DNA of 64,000 nucleotides from Schmidtea polychroa (Eukaryota): NCBI GenBank assembly GCA_044892525.1, contig CM097887.1, positions 102,216,397 to 102,280,396 of the forward strand, read 5' to 3'. Shown piece by piece: positions 1 to 13,822 of this stretch (position 1 is its first letter; each line of letters starts with the position of its first letter). The notes under the pieces were generated by a model. It saw only the letters and a program-made list of their open reading frames with translations, ran no database searches and was not told where the DNA came from. The position numbers and the translations under genes were made by a program.

Positions 1-3000
1 CCTGATACCAAGTACTCACAACCGACAACAACCAGGTACTAAGCATTATCAACCTACAACTATATAACAACAATCAGTAAACAACATTGTACCTACTACC
101 AAATACAAGATACCAACAACTTAGTACCAACAATCAACTAACAACACATAAAAATAATAGCAATTAAATACAAAATATTCTTCATCGCATACACTATTTT
201 CTTATCAAAATCTAAAAAGTCAACCAACTACTTACAACCTACAACTATGTACTAACAAATTGATCTTTAAAAGCAAATACTCATCACTTGAAAAATTAGA
301 TGGAAAATTAATTGAACTCAAGGCATCAATAACTAGGTAAAATTTGATTAAATAATTGTAAAAATTTAAATTATTCAAAATAAATATCATAAAAATTTAA
401 TTAATAGACAAGAAAGAATTCTTATCATTAATCATCCATTAAATAAAAAAAAATATTGATCATTCAAGTTGAATCAACTAAGATAATAAATTAATAAGAT
501 AAGATATAGTAGATAATTGATTTAGATTGAATAAATTAATTGAAATAAAATTAATTTTAAGTATTATTTTTTAAAAGTAATACATGTACTCAAATCTATT
601 TACTAATTCCTCAATATATTCAAAAAATCAGTATGAATTCATTACAATCATCAATGTCATCAATCTACAATAAAAATAATTATCATTAAATTCCAAGAGA
701 GACTAGAAAACTAATGATAACATCTAATAAACCAGTAAATTCATTTAAATGACAAAAATTGGTATATTCAAGCGAATTCTCTAATAAAATCATCTAAAAA
801 GAATCATTTTCCCTGAAATATATCAATATTTAAAGATTGGTATCTTATCGATAAGTACTTGTTAAAGATCATATATTCACCTCAAACTAACAAGATTCCT
901 TAAAATCCCTTAAATGACTATATTTCAACCCTTAATTCATATTATTACAAATAATTCATTAAAATCATCTAAAAATCATCATTTCCCCTAAATATATCAA
1001 TATTTAAAGATTGATATTTTAATGATAAGTACCCGTAGAGGATCATATATTCCCCTCAGACTAATAAGATTCCTTAAAATCCCCTTTAAATGACTATAAT
1101 TCTAACTTTAATTCCTATTATCACGAATATTTCCCTATAAAACATGTAAAATCATTAACCCTAAATAATTTATAAAATCTAATGATAAAACTGGTTATAA
1201 TTAATTTTTTGTTAATCACTGTACTCGATATTTTAAATAAATATTACTACAATATAACTGACTAGGTCCCATCGAAAGATTAAATTTATCCATTCAATAA
1301 AATATATTTCTTCAAATGATCATTTTTACCAATATTCAACCGATTTAATTACTAATTAAAATCAAGATTTCTTCCAATAAAGATCAATTTTATTTAGTCA
1401 ATGTTTTAAGTCCATATTTCTCAACTTTTGTCGTTGTCCGTCTAAATAAAGATAAAAATAATTTAAAGTTGATATCAATCCCATTTATCTGTAAAGTTTT
1501 CATCGTCAAAACCAAGTAAATCGATCATTATCCTTACTTAATAGAACATTGTTCTAAAACATAAATCTAAATTAATATACAATGAATTAATCACAACCTA
1601 ATAAAACGATATAATTATTATTGATACATAACTGACTAATTGACATTTCCCTTAAAACAATGATATTTTACCAACATCACCATTAAAAAAATCATATATT
1701 CCCATCTTAACCCATGTCTCATTAAATTTAACCGACTATATTCCAATCTTAACCCATCCTTCATTAAATTCAATCGACTATATCTCCCTTACAATGATAT
1801 ATTCCCACCTTATCTGATCTCTCATTAAATCTAACCGACTATATCCCCTCAAAAGATCATATATTCCCATCTTAACCCATCCCTCATTAAATTTAACCGA
1901 CAATATCCTATCTTATCCGATCTCTCAGCAAATATTTCTACCCTTTTAAACATCTATCCGATTATATCCCTTATTTTCCCTAAAGATTTCACACACTTGA
2001 GCCCTTTAATATATATCAATCCTCTTAAAATCCTCAGAGAACTTCAAAAATATGACTTTTAATTAATTGTTATAGAACCAGACAAATAATAAGAGCCCAT
2101 TAAAAGATCAAAATTCACTAAATTTTCTACAAATATTTACCATCAAATACTGGAGATGAAATATATTGTTTGATCATAATTCTTCATCGATTCAGCCAAT
2201 CATTTTCAAGCAAACTAAATTTCAGTATATTCTACAATCATTTTCATGTAAATTTAAAGTTAACTGGTTTCTTAGCTTATGTTTTTTAAAGTTCATCAAT
2301 GAGTAAATTATTGAAAAAATTATTTAGTCAAATATATTACAAAGTTATCATCAAAAATCACTTAATTATTAACCTAATTGTCAATGAAATTAATTTTTAT
2401 TTAAAAACTATTCAATAAAATACCACTAATTATCAAGAAATTAACTAAATTTATCAATTAAATTTATCACCATTAAAACTTTTAATCAGTCAACATGAAA
2501 TTCTTAGAAAATTATTCAATATCCTCATCAAAATTTATCCTATCACTTGATTATTGTACAAACTTTAATTATTAACCTCATTAAAATAAATTTTTATTTA
2601 AAATTAAAAATACATCCAATTATCAAGAAATTAATTAAATTTATCTTAGAACTAACTTTAAATTATTAAATATTCATTCAATAAACATGAAATTTGCAAA
2701 AATGTTAGAAATACACAAAAATAATAGAAATTTACAAAAATCAAAGAAATTCACAAAATTCATAAAAATTCACAAAAATGATAGAAATTCACAAGAATGA
2801 TAAAAATCCACAAAAAAATTCATAAAAATTCACAAAAATTATAGAAATTTACTTGAATATTTACTAAAACCATCAACTCTAAAAATTATCAATGAATGCC
2901 TTAAACAACAAATTTGCTTAAATTCAAATGAAAGCATTAAATATCTTTACGACTTATACCCTTGCGACATGTTGAATGTGAGTAGTACCCTTGTGAGCAA

Positions 3001-6000
3001 TACCCATAGGGGGACAGAATATTTTGTCGGATAAACTCAGAGTATATATTAATTAACTCATTCTTCATTGAATCAGTAAAATTATCATAAATTTCGATAA
3101 AAATTCTAAAGTGGTAAGCAATGTAAAGAGAAATATTCTTTAAACTTTGATAAAATTAACAATGAAGGTGGTAAGAATCTTCATTAAAGTGAGGAAATTA
3201 CTCGATGATAAATTCAAATGGGTGAAAATAATTGGTAGAATAATTCATTAATGGATCATTGAATGGGCATAGATAAGAAGAAAGTTGATAAGAATGGAAA
3301 TATATTAATTGAATTTATTTAAAATTATTTCATAAAATTCATAAATTTAATAAAACTTTTAAAACAAATATTTGTGGGGAAGTGAATAATTAATCAAAAT
3401 CGGCGAAATATAATTGATTAAATATCCGGAGTGGGGGGTCATAAGTGAATAATTAATGGAAAATTGAGGGGATACAAATGATTAAATAGTGGAAAATCGA
3501 GGGGATATTAGTGATTAATTAGTGAAAAATAGAGAATTGGTGGAATATAAGTGGAGAGGATATGTAATTTAAACTAGTTTATTACATAACAAGCCGTGAC
3601 TATTTTATTACATAACAAGCTGTGAATGATATTTTATTGAGAATTATTGATTAGATCTTTTTTTTAATGTTTGAATAAGTACTTTAATATCTTAATAATT
3701 TAAATGTTTTGATTTACACTAAATAATTTCTAAATCAATTACCTTTTTCAATCAAAATAGGTTAATATTCAAATATAAGTCTTAGGAAATATAAATTTTA
3801 TAAGTTTTTAAATTTTCAAATAATGTAAATAAAAAATTAATCTATTACCAGTTATATACTTTTAAACTTATTGATGGAATAAGACAAAAGTTTTGTTGTA
3901 TAAGTCCTTTAATATTGTAATAATTATTTATTAATAAATTTATTATTTTACGTTAAATATTTCAAAAACAATTATCATATTATTAATTATATTACCCTTT
4001 TTAATCAAAATAAGATAAATATTCAAATAGATGACTTTTATAAAATACAATTAAAATTAAATACTTTACATTAAATTTAAAAATATAAATTTTATAAGTA
4101 AATGTAAATAAGAAATTTAAAAAAAATTAATAATAAATAGAATACAATATTAAAGGACTTTTTGAAAAAAAAAGTAACTTTCTACTGCCTAATCAATAAG
4201 TTTAAAAAGTCTATAACAGCTAATACACTAATTTCTTATTTACATTTACTTATAAAATTTATATTTTTAAATTTAGTGTAAAGTATTTAATTTTAATTGT
4301 ATTTTATGAATTTTGTGAATTTCCATTATTTTCATGAATTTCCGTAATTTTTTGTGAATTTTTATCGTTTTTTGTAGATTTCCATCATTTCATGAATTTT
4401 TATCATTTTTGTGAATTTCTTTGATTTTTGTAAATTTCTATTATTTTTGTGTATTTCTAACATTTTTGCAAATTTCATGTTTATTGAATGAATATTTAAT
4501 AATTTAAAGTTAGTTCTAAGATAAATTTAATTAATTTCTTGATAATTGGATGTATTTTTAATTTTAAATAAAAATTTATTTTAATGAGGTTAATAATTAA
4601 AGTTTGTACAATAATCAAGTGATAGGATAAATTTTGATGAGGATATTGAATAATTTTCTAAGAATTTCATGTTGACTGATTAAAAGTTTTAATGGTGATA
4701 AATTTAATTGATAAATTTAGTTAATTTCTTGATAATTAGTGGTATTTTATTGAATAGTTTTTAAATAAAAATTAATTTCATTGACAATTAGGTTAATAAT
4801 TAAGTGATTTTTGATGATAACTTTGTAATATATTTGACTAAATAATTTTTTCAATAATTTACTCATTGATGAACTTTAAAAAACATAAGCTAAGAAACCA
4901 GTTAACTTTAAATTTACATGAAAATGATTGTAGAATATACTGAAATTTAGTTTGCTTGAAAATGATTGGCTGAATCGATGAAGAATTATGATCAAACAAT
5001 ATATTTCATCTCCAGTATTTGATGGTAAATATTTGTAGAAAATTTAGTGAATTTTGATCTTTTAATGGGCTCTTATTATTTGTCTGGTTCTATAACAATT
5101 AATTAAAAGTCATATTTTTGAAGTTCTCTGAGGATTTTAAGAGGATTGATATATATTAAAGGGCTCAAGTGGGTGAAATCTTTAGGGAAAATAAGGGATA
5201 TAATCGGATAGATGTTTAAAAGGGTAGAAATATTTGCTGAGAGATCGGATAAGATAGGATATTGTCGGTTAAATTTAATGAGGGATGGGTTAAGATGGGA
5301 ATATATGATCTTTTGAGGGGATATAGTCGGTTAGATTTAATGAGAGATCAGATAAGGTGGGAATATATCATTGTAAGGGAGATATAGTCGATTGAATTTA
5401 ATGAAGGATGGGTTAAGATTGGAATATAGTCGGTTAAATTTAATGAGACATGGGTTAAGATGGGAATATATGATTTTTTTAATGGTGATGTTGGTAAAAT
5501 ATCATTGTTTTAAGGGAAATGTCAATTAGTCAGTTATGTATCAATAATAATTATATCGTTTTATTAGGTTGTGATTAATTCATTGTATATTAATTTAGAT
5601 TTATGTTTTAGAACAATGTTCTATTAAGTAAGGATAATGATCGATTTACTTGGTTTTGACGATGAAAACTTTACAGATAAATGGGATTGATATCAACTTT
5701 AAATTATTTTTATCTTTATTTAGACGGACAACGACAAAAGTTGAGAAATATGGACTTAAAACATTGACTAAATAAAATTGATCTTTATTGGAAGAAATCT
5801 TGATTTTAATTAGTAATTAAATCGGTTGAATATTGGTAAAAATGATCATTTGAAGAAATATATTTTATTGAATGGATAAATTTAATCTTTCAATGGGACC
5901 TAGTCAGTTATATTGTAGTAATATTTATTTAAAATATCGAGTACAGTGATTAACAAAAAATTAATTATAACCAGTTTTATCATTAGATTTTATAAATTAT

Positions 6001-7164
6001 TTAGGGTTAATGATTTTACATGTTTTATAGGGAAATATTCGTGATAATAGGAATTAAAGTTAGAATTATAGTCATTTAAAGGGGATTTTAAGGAATCTTA
6101 TTAGTCTGAGGGGAATATATGATCCTCTACGGGTACTTATCATTAAAATATCAATCTTTAAATATTGATATATTTAGGGGAAATGATGATTTTTAGATGA
6201 TTTTAATGAATTATTTGTAATAATATGAATTAAGGGTTGAAATATAGTCATTTAAGGGATTTTAAGGAATCTTGTTAGTTTGAGGTGAATATATGATCTT
6301 TAACAAGTACTTATCGATAAGATACCAATCTTTAAATATTGATATATTTCAGGGAAAATGATTCTTTTTAGATGATTTTATTAGAGAATTCGCTTGAATA
6401 TACCAATTTTTGTCATTTAAATGAATTTACTGGTTTATTAGATGTTATCATTAGTTTTCTAGTCTCTCTTGGAATTTAATGATAATTATTTTTATTGTAG
6501 ATTGATGACATTGATGATTGTAATGAATTCATACTGATTTTTTGAATATATTGAGGAATTAGTAAATAGATTTGAGTACATGTATTACTTTTAAAAAATA
6601 ATACTTAAAATTAATTTTATTTCAATTAATTTATTCAATCTAAATCAATTATCTACTATATCTTATCTTATTAATTTATTATCTTAGTTGATTCAACTTG
6701 AATGATCAATATTTTTTTTTATTTAATGGATGATTAATGATAAGAATTCTTTCTTGTCTATTAATTAAATTTTTATGATATTTATTTTGAATAATTTAAA
6801 TTTTTACAATTATTTAATCAAATTTTACCTAGTTATTGATGCCTTGAGTTCAATTAATTTTCCATCTAATTTTTCAAGTGATGAGTATTTGCTTTTAAAG
6901 ATCAATTTGTTAGTACATAGTTGTAGGTTGTAAGTAGTTGGTTGACTTTTTAGATTTTGATAAGAAAATAGTGTATGCGATGAAGAATATTTTGTATTTA
7001 ATTGCTATTATTTTTATGTGTTGTTAGTTGATTGTTGGTACTAAGTTGTTGGTATCTTGTATTTGGTAGTAGGTACAATGTTGTTTACTGATTGTTGTTA
7101 TATAGTTGTAGGTTGATAATGCTTAGTACCTGGTTGTTGTCGGTTGTGAGTACTTGGTATCAGG
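1..7164. repeat. Long inverted repeat: arms 1-2758 and 4407-7164, spacer about 1.65 kb
   Basis: Position i pairs with 7165-i at every point checked (1-24 with 7141-7164; 2701 with 4464), with no indels. Isolated mismatches at 1273/5892 and 1993/5172. The left arm may continue beyond the window start. Confidence 0.95.
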
Positions 7165-7349
7165 TAACTGGTTGTTAGTACTTAGTAGCTAGTTAATGGG
7201 TAGGTGGGGGGGGAGGGATTGAGAGTTAGCAATATCCTTACGACCAGTATACTTACGACTAATACCTTTACGAATAGTACCTTTACGACTAATACCCTTA
7301 CGACCTGTACCCTTAGGGGGTCAAAACATCCTGTCGGATAAACTCAGAG
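4407..7349. mobile_element. Putative non-autonomous TIR DNA element (TA target, Tc1/mariner-like terminus); inverted partner copy at <1-3042
   Basis: Terminal motif TGTCGGATAAACTCAGAG followed by TATATA at 3025-3042 and 7332-7349. Subterminal tandem (TACCCTTACGAC)-like repeats at about 7235-7315. No coding capacity. Confidence 0.5.
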
Positions 7350-7782
7350 TATATATAATAAAACTGTTCAACAATAAGTATTTATTGAATGCGATTTTTA
7401 CATTGCAATAATAAGTTATCAATTAAAAGAAGAATGTTTTGTTAATTAGAATTCATTAGTCTTTCATTGTAATTATTTTGAATTTCACGTGGTGTTTTAA
7501 AGTGGTTGAGTTGTGGTTTTTTGATGAAAATCAACATTTTTGTTAAATTTGAAAAGGTTTTTCTACTGATTGTAATTAAACATATTTTTGAAGATAGATA
7601 AAAAATTAATTTAAAAAGCATTTCATAAAATACAATGAAGAATATTTAATTGATTGTTGGTACTTGGTTGTTTTTACTTGGTTGTTTGAGAGTTAGTTAG
7701 TACGTGGTATCATGTTGTAAGTATTTGTCAGCACCTAGTTAAAAATATTTAGTAACCGATTGTTGGTAACTGTTGAATTATT

Positions 7783-7813
<31 letters not shown>

Positions 7814-8169
7814 TTATTATTTTTATTATTATTATTATTCCATTAAAATTTCCATTAAAAATTAACTTAAAAAATATTTCATAAAAATTTTCATTAAAAA
7901 TTATCCTAAAAATTATTTCATAAAAATTTTCATTAAATTTACTTATTACATTACTTATTTAAAAATTATTACTTTAATTTACTCATTTAGCTTTAATTTA
8001 AAATTTAAACCATTGTTTCCTTTAATTTAAAATTTTGAACCTTAATTTACTTATTTAAAATTTTTAACTTTAATTTACTTGTCCTTAATTTGCCTATTTA
8101 TCCTTTATTACTTAATTTTACACCATAATTTACTAAACAACTAATTATAACCCTTTTTTTCATATTTAA

Positions 8170-8820
8170 CCAATAATTTCATGTGGTCATCTGGTTGTAA
8201 GTGTTTGGTATCTAGTTGACAGTGCTTAGTACTAGGTAAGTTACTTGGTTGTTAGTACTTGGTTGATAATGCTTAGCACCTGGTTGTTGTTGGTTGTTAG
8301 TACTTGGTAGCTAGTTGGTTGCATGTTTTTGGTTGTTAGTACTTAGTAGTTGGTTGATGTTGGTTGTATGTACTTGCTATCTAGTACCTAGTTGGTTGGT
8401 TGTTAGTACTTAGTATTTAGTTGGTTGATAATGCTTAGTACTTGGTTGTTGTTGGTTGTAAGTACTAGGTATCAGGTAACTGGTTGTTAGTATTTAGTTG
8501 TAAGTACTTGGTATCAGGTAACTAGTTGGTTGTAGCTACTTAGTAGTTGGTAACTGGTTGTTAGTATTTAGTTGTTTGAGACCTGGTTGTTAGTACTTGG
8601 TAGCTAGTTAATGGGTAGGTGGTTGTAGGTACTTAGTAGTTGGTAACTGGTTGTTAGTATTTAGTTGTTTGAGACCTGGTTGTTAGTACTTGGTAGCTAG
8701 TTAATGGGTAGGTGGTTGTAGGTACTTGGTATCTAGTTGTTAGTAACTAGTTGTAGGTATCTGGTTGTTAATACATGTTCGTAAGTTACTGGTTGTTGGT
8801 ACTAAGTTGTTGGTTTGTTG
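8170..8820. repeat. Degenerate tandem array of GGTTGTTAGTACTT-like units
   Basis: Many copies of ggttgttagtactt(g/a)gt. The same motif family occurs at 7000-7200 and as the reverse complement at 1-150. Confidence 0.8.
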
Positions 8821-8899
8821 TTGAATTATTATTAAAATTTGTCTTTGAAAAATATTTCATAAAATTTTTCATTAAAAATTATCTTAAAAATTTCAATCT

Positions 8900-9060
8900 A
8901 AAATTATCATTGAAAAATATTTCATAAAAATTTCCATTAAAAATTAACTTAAAAAATTATTTCATAAAAATTTCCATTAAAAATTAACTTAAAAAATTAT
9001 TTCATAAAAATTTCCATTAAAAATTACTTAAAAAATTATTCCATAAAAATTTTCATTAAA
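8900..9060. repeat. Tandem repeat, about 39-bp unit
   Basis: AAAAATTATTTCATAAAAATTTCCATTAAAAATTAACTT repeated 3-4 times. Confidence 0.85.
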
Positions 9061-9224
9061 AAATTTCAATTCTCAAACACCTTCAACTTTTTGTTAATAA
9101 ATTTTAAAATCTTACTTTAATTTACTTTAATTTACTTATTTAAAATTTTTTACCATTGATTACTTAATTTAAAAATTATTACTTTAATTTACTTATTTAA
9201 ATTTTTTACCATTGATTACTTAAT

Positions 9225-9835
9225 TTTAAAATTTGGACCTTAATTAACTTTAATTTAATTTTTAGAACCTAAATTTACTTTAATTTTAAAATTTGGACCA
9301 TAATTTACTTTAATTTAATTTTTAGAACCATAATTTACTTTAATTCAAAAATTTGGACCATAATTTACTCTAATTTAATTTTTTAGGACCATAATTTACT
9401 GTAATTTAATTTTTAGAACCATAATTTACTGTAATTTGAAAAATTTAGAACCATAATTTACTTTTAATTTAATTTTTAGAACCATAATTTACTTTAATTC
9501 AAAAATTTGGACCATAATTTACTGTAATTTAATTTTTTAGGACCATAATTTACTGTAATTTAAATTTTTAGAACCATAATTTACTTTATTTTAATTTTTT
9601 GGACCATAATTTACTGTAATTCAAAAATTTTGACCATAATTTACTATAATTTAATTTTTAAGAACCATTAATTACTGTAATTCAAAATTTGAGCCATAAT
9701 TTACTATAATTTAATTTTTAGACCCATAATTTACTGTAATTTAATTTTTAGAACCATTATTTACTTTAATTTAATTTTTAGGACCATAATTACCTTATTT
9801 GAAAAATGTTGACCATAATTTACTGTAATTGAAAA
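9225..9835. repeat. Minisatellite, about 30-31 bp unit
   Basis: About 20 copies of (G/A)ACCATAATTTACT(G/T)TAATTTAATTTTT(A)G. Confidence 0.9.
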
Positions 9836-9939
9836 ATTTACCACGTTTTTTAGTGTAGACCACCTTTTTCTCAGGACCAAGGAGACCCACCTTAATTTAA
9901 TTCGAAAAATCCTTGGCTTTTTTAGTGTAGACCACCAGC

Positions 9940-10372
9940 TTTTGTATTGAAAATATCCTGAGACCTTAAATTACCATTCTTTTTTATTGATAGTCGGATT
10001 TTTGTATTGAAAATATCCTGAGACCTTAAATTACCATGCTTCTTTATTGAAGACCGCCTTTTTGTATTGAAAATATCCTGAGACCTTAAATTACCATGCT
10101 TTTTTATTGAAGACCAGCTTTTGTATTGAAAATATCCTAAGACCTTAAATTACCATGCTTTTTTATTGATAGTCGGATTTTTGTATTGAAAATATCCTGA
10201 GACCTTAAATTACCATGCTTCTTTATTGAAGACCGCCTTTTTGTATTGAAAATATCCTGAGACCTTAAATTACCATGCTTTTTTATTGAAGACCAGCTTT
10301 TGTATTGAAAATATCCTAAGACCTCAAATTACCATGCTTTTTTATTGAAGACCGCCTTTTTGTATTGAAAAA
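9940..10372. repeat. 59-60 bp satellite with 3-monomer (179 bp) higher-order structure
   Basis: Seven monomers of TTTTGTATTGAAAATATCCT(G/A)AGACCTTAAATTACCATGCT... with variant ends in the order A-B-C-A-B-C-B. Confidence 0.9.
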
Positions 10373-10762
10373 AATTTTTTTTGTATTGAAAATCCCAGGA
10401 CCATCGAGACCCCCTCACTATAGTCTGAAAATTCCTTGGCTTTTTTAGTGGTAGTCGGATTTTTGTATTGAAAAATTTTTTTTGTATTGAAAATCCCAGG
10501 ACCATCGTTTTTGTATAGAAAAAATATTTTTGTATTGAAAATCCCAGGACCATCGAGACCCCCTCACTATAGTCTGAAAAATTGCGTAATCAAAAGTTGC
10601 AGCAAAAAAATTACGGCAGCAGAACCCCCCCCCCCTCACCGGGGGGGGGTCATTGCTGCCGTACGCTACTATCTACCTACTCCCTTCTTTTAAAATCTAA
10701 AAGCTAATACTTGCGGCCCTTATATTAAACTAAAAGTAGAATGTTGCCCTTAATTTTTAAAA

Positions 10763-10777
10763 GGTTGCCGACTCCTG
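10763..10777. mobile_element. Isolated hAT (Buster/Charlie-type) terminal inverted repeat
   Basis: GGTTGCCGACTCCTG (reverse complement CAGGAGTCGGCAACC) followed by attTAgat, an 8-mer with the central TA typical of Buster targets. No partner end found. Confidence 0.55.
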
Positions 10778-11454
10778 ATTTAGATAGTTAGTTTTATGTA
10801 AGAATTATTATTTTCATAAAAAACTTTGTTTTTTTTTGAAAAATTAATACCCATTTTATCTAAAATTAACTCAGCGTTATTTTATAATAAATCGAATAAT
10901 TAATACTTAAAATTTTGTCCAAATTCAAATATTCTTGTTATAATTTACACTCTTGTCAGAATTCATTAAATTTAAATGTAAAAAAATAATAATAAATAAA
11001 TAATAATAATAATAATAATAAATAAAATTAATTGAATAATTAATTAAAAAAGTAAAAATAAATAAGTAATAATAATAAAATATTAATAAATAAAGATAAT
11101 AATAATAGTAATAATAACATTAATAATTATTAAAATTTATTAGGACATAAACCAAAAAATAATTGGTAATAAAGCGCGTATTATTTTTTTTTGTTTTAAT
11201 AAAGGTTGTAAATTTAGTATTGTTTATTATTTTAGATTTTTATATTATTACATAACAAACACAACATTCACCCCAATTGTCCTCACACTAGTTATCGAGT
11301 GACTCTTTCGGGCTCTAAAGATTCTCCCACAACACATTACAATCTTAACATAACAATTATTAACAATAAATCGAATATACAATATCACTATCCTACAACA
11401 ATACAACATATAAAAGAAACTTCCAAAAACTTTAATTTAAAAATATTTCAAGTA

Positions 11455-11700
11455 TTATAATCTCTTCTTTCTAGCTTTGACAGCTGCAAACTCCCAAATC
11501 ACATCTTCAAAATTAATACTTTGTGTTTCCTCGTGTTTGATCGTTAACATTCCAAGATTTTTTAGCCTCGTGTTGCTCATTGTTGACCGTAAGTAGTTTT
11601 TGATTAATTTTAATTTACTAAAGTTCCTCTCGCACGAAGCAATAGACACGCAAATCGTCATAAATAACTTTATTGCGACAATAAAATTTGGAAGGGTTAT
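11455..11700 (-). pseudogene. hAT transposase C-terminal dimerisation fragment (ZMYM1/Tip100-like)
   Basis: SIASCERNFSKLKLIKNYLRSTMSNTRL...EFAAVKARK is the hATC motif. Confidence 0.85.
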
Positions 11701-12052
11701 CGTCGCGATATTTTCACATCACAATACCCAACATGAAATGAAATGAGCAGCCGACAGTCGAAGCCGAGCCATCTTAAATGACAAAGTTGCGTGAGCATCT
11801 ATTCTCTAGAGTCTAGACTATGCAGTCGCAGTTAGCAGTGTCACACCTCACAGCGTACAAATGTATCGTTGCTGTCACAGATTTAGAATAACTAAATAGA
11901 TCATTTCATAGGAGGCCGGCAAAGATTTGAAAAACCTAGATAGCTATATAGATTCTTTTAGATTTTTAGCGATTATTTCATTTCATTTAGTTTTTGTAAG
12001 ATATTTTTTCAATCGGAACCGGGTTTCACCCCCAAACAGGTAACACCGGTTT

Positions 12053-12219
12053 NNNNNNNNNNNNNNNNNNNNNNNNNNNNNNNNNNNNNNNNNNNNNNNN
12101 NNNNNNNNNNNNNNNNNNNNNNNNNNNNNNNNNNNNNNNNNNNNNNNNNNNNNNNNNNNNNNNNNNNNNNNNNNNNNNNNNNNNNNNNNNNNNNNNNNNN
12201 NNNNNNNNNNNNNNNNNNN
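12053..12219. other. Assembly gap (N run)
   Basis: 167 N. Confidence 1.
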
Positions 12220-12622
12220 TTTACCTTTAAATCATTTCCCGAATCTATTGAAGTTGAACTAACATTTATATTTTTAGTTTTTTTCATGACTTGGGATTTG
12301 TTCATGAGATAAGAATTTGTGGAAAAATGTTTCATTTTTCCATTAGACAAATCATTGAAGCTTACTAAATAATAAAAATGTAAGAAATAATTAAGAATCA
12401 TTGAATTTATTATAGAAATTAATTTTGAGGACCTCAACAATTAGTCACTTGTAATATAAATTATATTAATTATTTTGTTTGTATGGAAACAAAATAAGAC
12501 CAAATATTAATTTCTATTACTTGCAAAATAACATGTTAAATTATTTCCCATATATTTTCTATGGTTAATCAATATACTGTGATTTACACTTCCAACAAAC
12601 CCAAATCGTACGAAACTAAATA

Positions 12623-13709
12623 TGCAGGTTTTAGTTGATTATTTCATATCATCAATTTGTTGGGTTTTCGATTACTTTAAGTCGGTTCCCTCTGACTCCT
12701 CGTGTCCTTTAAATCAAAACAATAACGACCCAACGTATATTGAAATAACAAAATTCACAATCTTTTCTCACAACTTTACAATTAATAATCAAAGTTACGT
12801 TTGAGCGATTCTCCGCTCGGCGCTGATGCTTTGTAAATAGATAATATTCACCTTTTATTTCTTTAGATTCTCTTGACCCACGTTTTCCTCTTTTCTGTTT
12901 GATTTGATTCTTTTTCACCTTTTCGTATTCCTATTCTATATCTTCTTTTCCCTAATCTCCTTAATTCGTTTTACCTATTCCTAACTCGGTTTCTTCTAAC
13001 CCTAGCTGAGGCAAAATGCCGATTTTCTCTGATTTTCCCTTTCCCTATATACTCCTCGAAATCGGGATGACAAATGGTTATAGCCGAGCCAATCTTTCAC
13101 TTGACATTTGCTTCCACGTATCTGCTTCGGCTGTCACCCATAATGGTCCAACGAACCAAGATAATTAATGGCCCTTCCGGCCTTTCTACACGCACTATCT
13201 TCTCCTTGCTCTTTTCCAATTAATCATTGTGTCAAGCTAATGGGCCCAAATCTTCCTTCTGTTTGCTTTTCTTCTTGTTTACCCAGCTCGGGTTTCCTTC
13301 ATCTCTCGGGTTCTCCATTGGCTCGGGTTTCCCATTAGCTCGGGTTTTCCATTAGCCAATTAATTAATTAATTAACGTTTTCTGTTTTCATACATTTGAA
13401 TGCTTTTCGACCCTTCCTAACCATTTTCTGATAAATCCCTAAACATCATCTTGTTGACCATTAGCTACTCTATACCTGTCCCGTTTTCCCCATTCGATTT
13501 TGATGATTTTACCATTTATTGATTTTTCTCGGATTTCCGCATTTCGTAATTGCTTTTGGCATTTTCTGATACTGCTTTCATCACACTTTCCTTTACTATC
13601 GATTCTGTGCATGATCCCGCTTTTATTTGTCTTTTTTCTTCACTTACTTTTTATTTAAATTATTAACCTAAATTTCATTTCAATTTATTTTAATTTGCGG
13701 ACCTCAACA
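12623..13709 (-). mobile_element. Solo LTR, relative of the LTR at 40904-55552
   Basis: On minus it starts TGTTGAGGTCCGCAAATT and ends CTAAAACCTGCA. It is colinear in inverted orientation with 40904-40960 plus 54553-55552, for example the AATTAATTAATT block and the CCCGAGC repeats. Confidence 0.8.
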
Positions 13710-13822
13710 AATTTATACCGAAAATACAGATGAAGTAGAAGCCCACAATCAAAAAAAAGAACATCACTATGTATAAACAAACATAGTAACTCATATTTCT
13801 GAACTTGAACAATAATAATTAA

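Noticed and set aside
9940-10372. Regular 60-bp repeats as a CRISPR array
   Set aside because: There are no unique spacers; the variable parts recur in an A-B-C pattern, and the context is eukaryotic.
10329-10693. Short ORFs over the satellite and hairpin
   Set aside because: These are translations of tandem repeats with no protein signal.
12431-12439. ACCTCAACA as another LTR end
   Set aside because: The adjacent sequence shows no visible homology to either LTR family; a 9-mer alone is insufficient.
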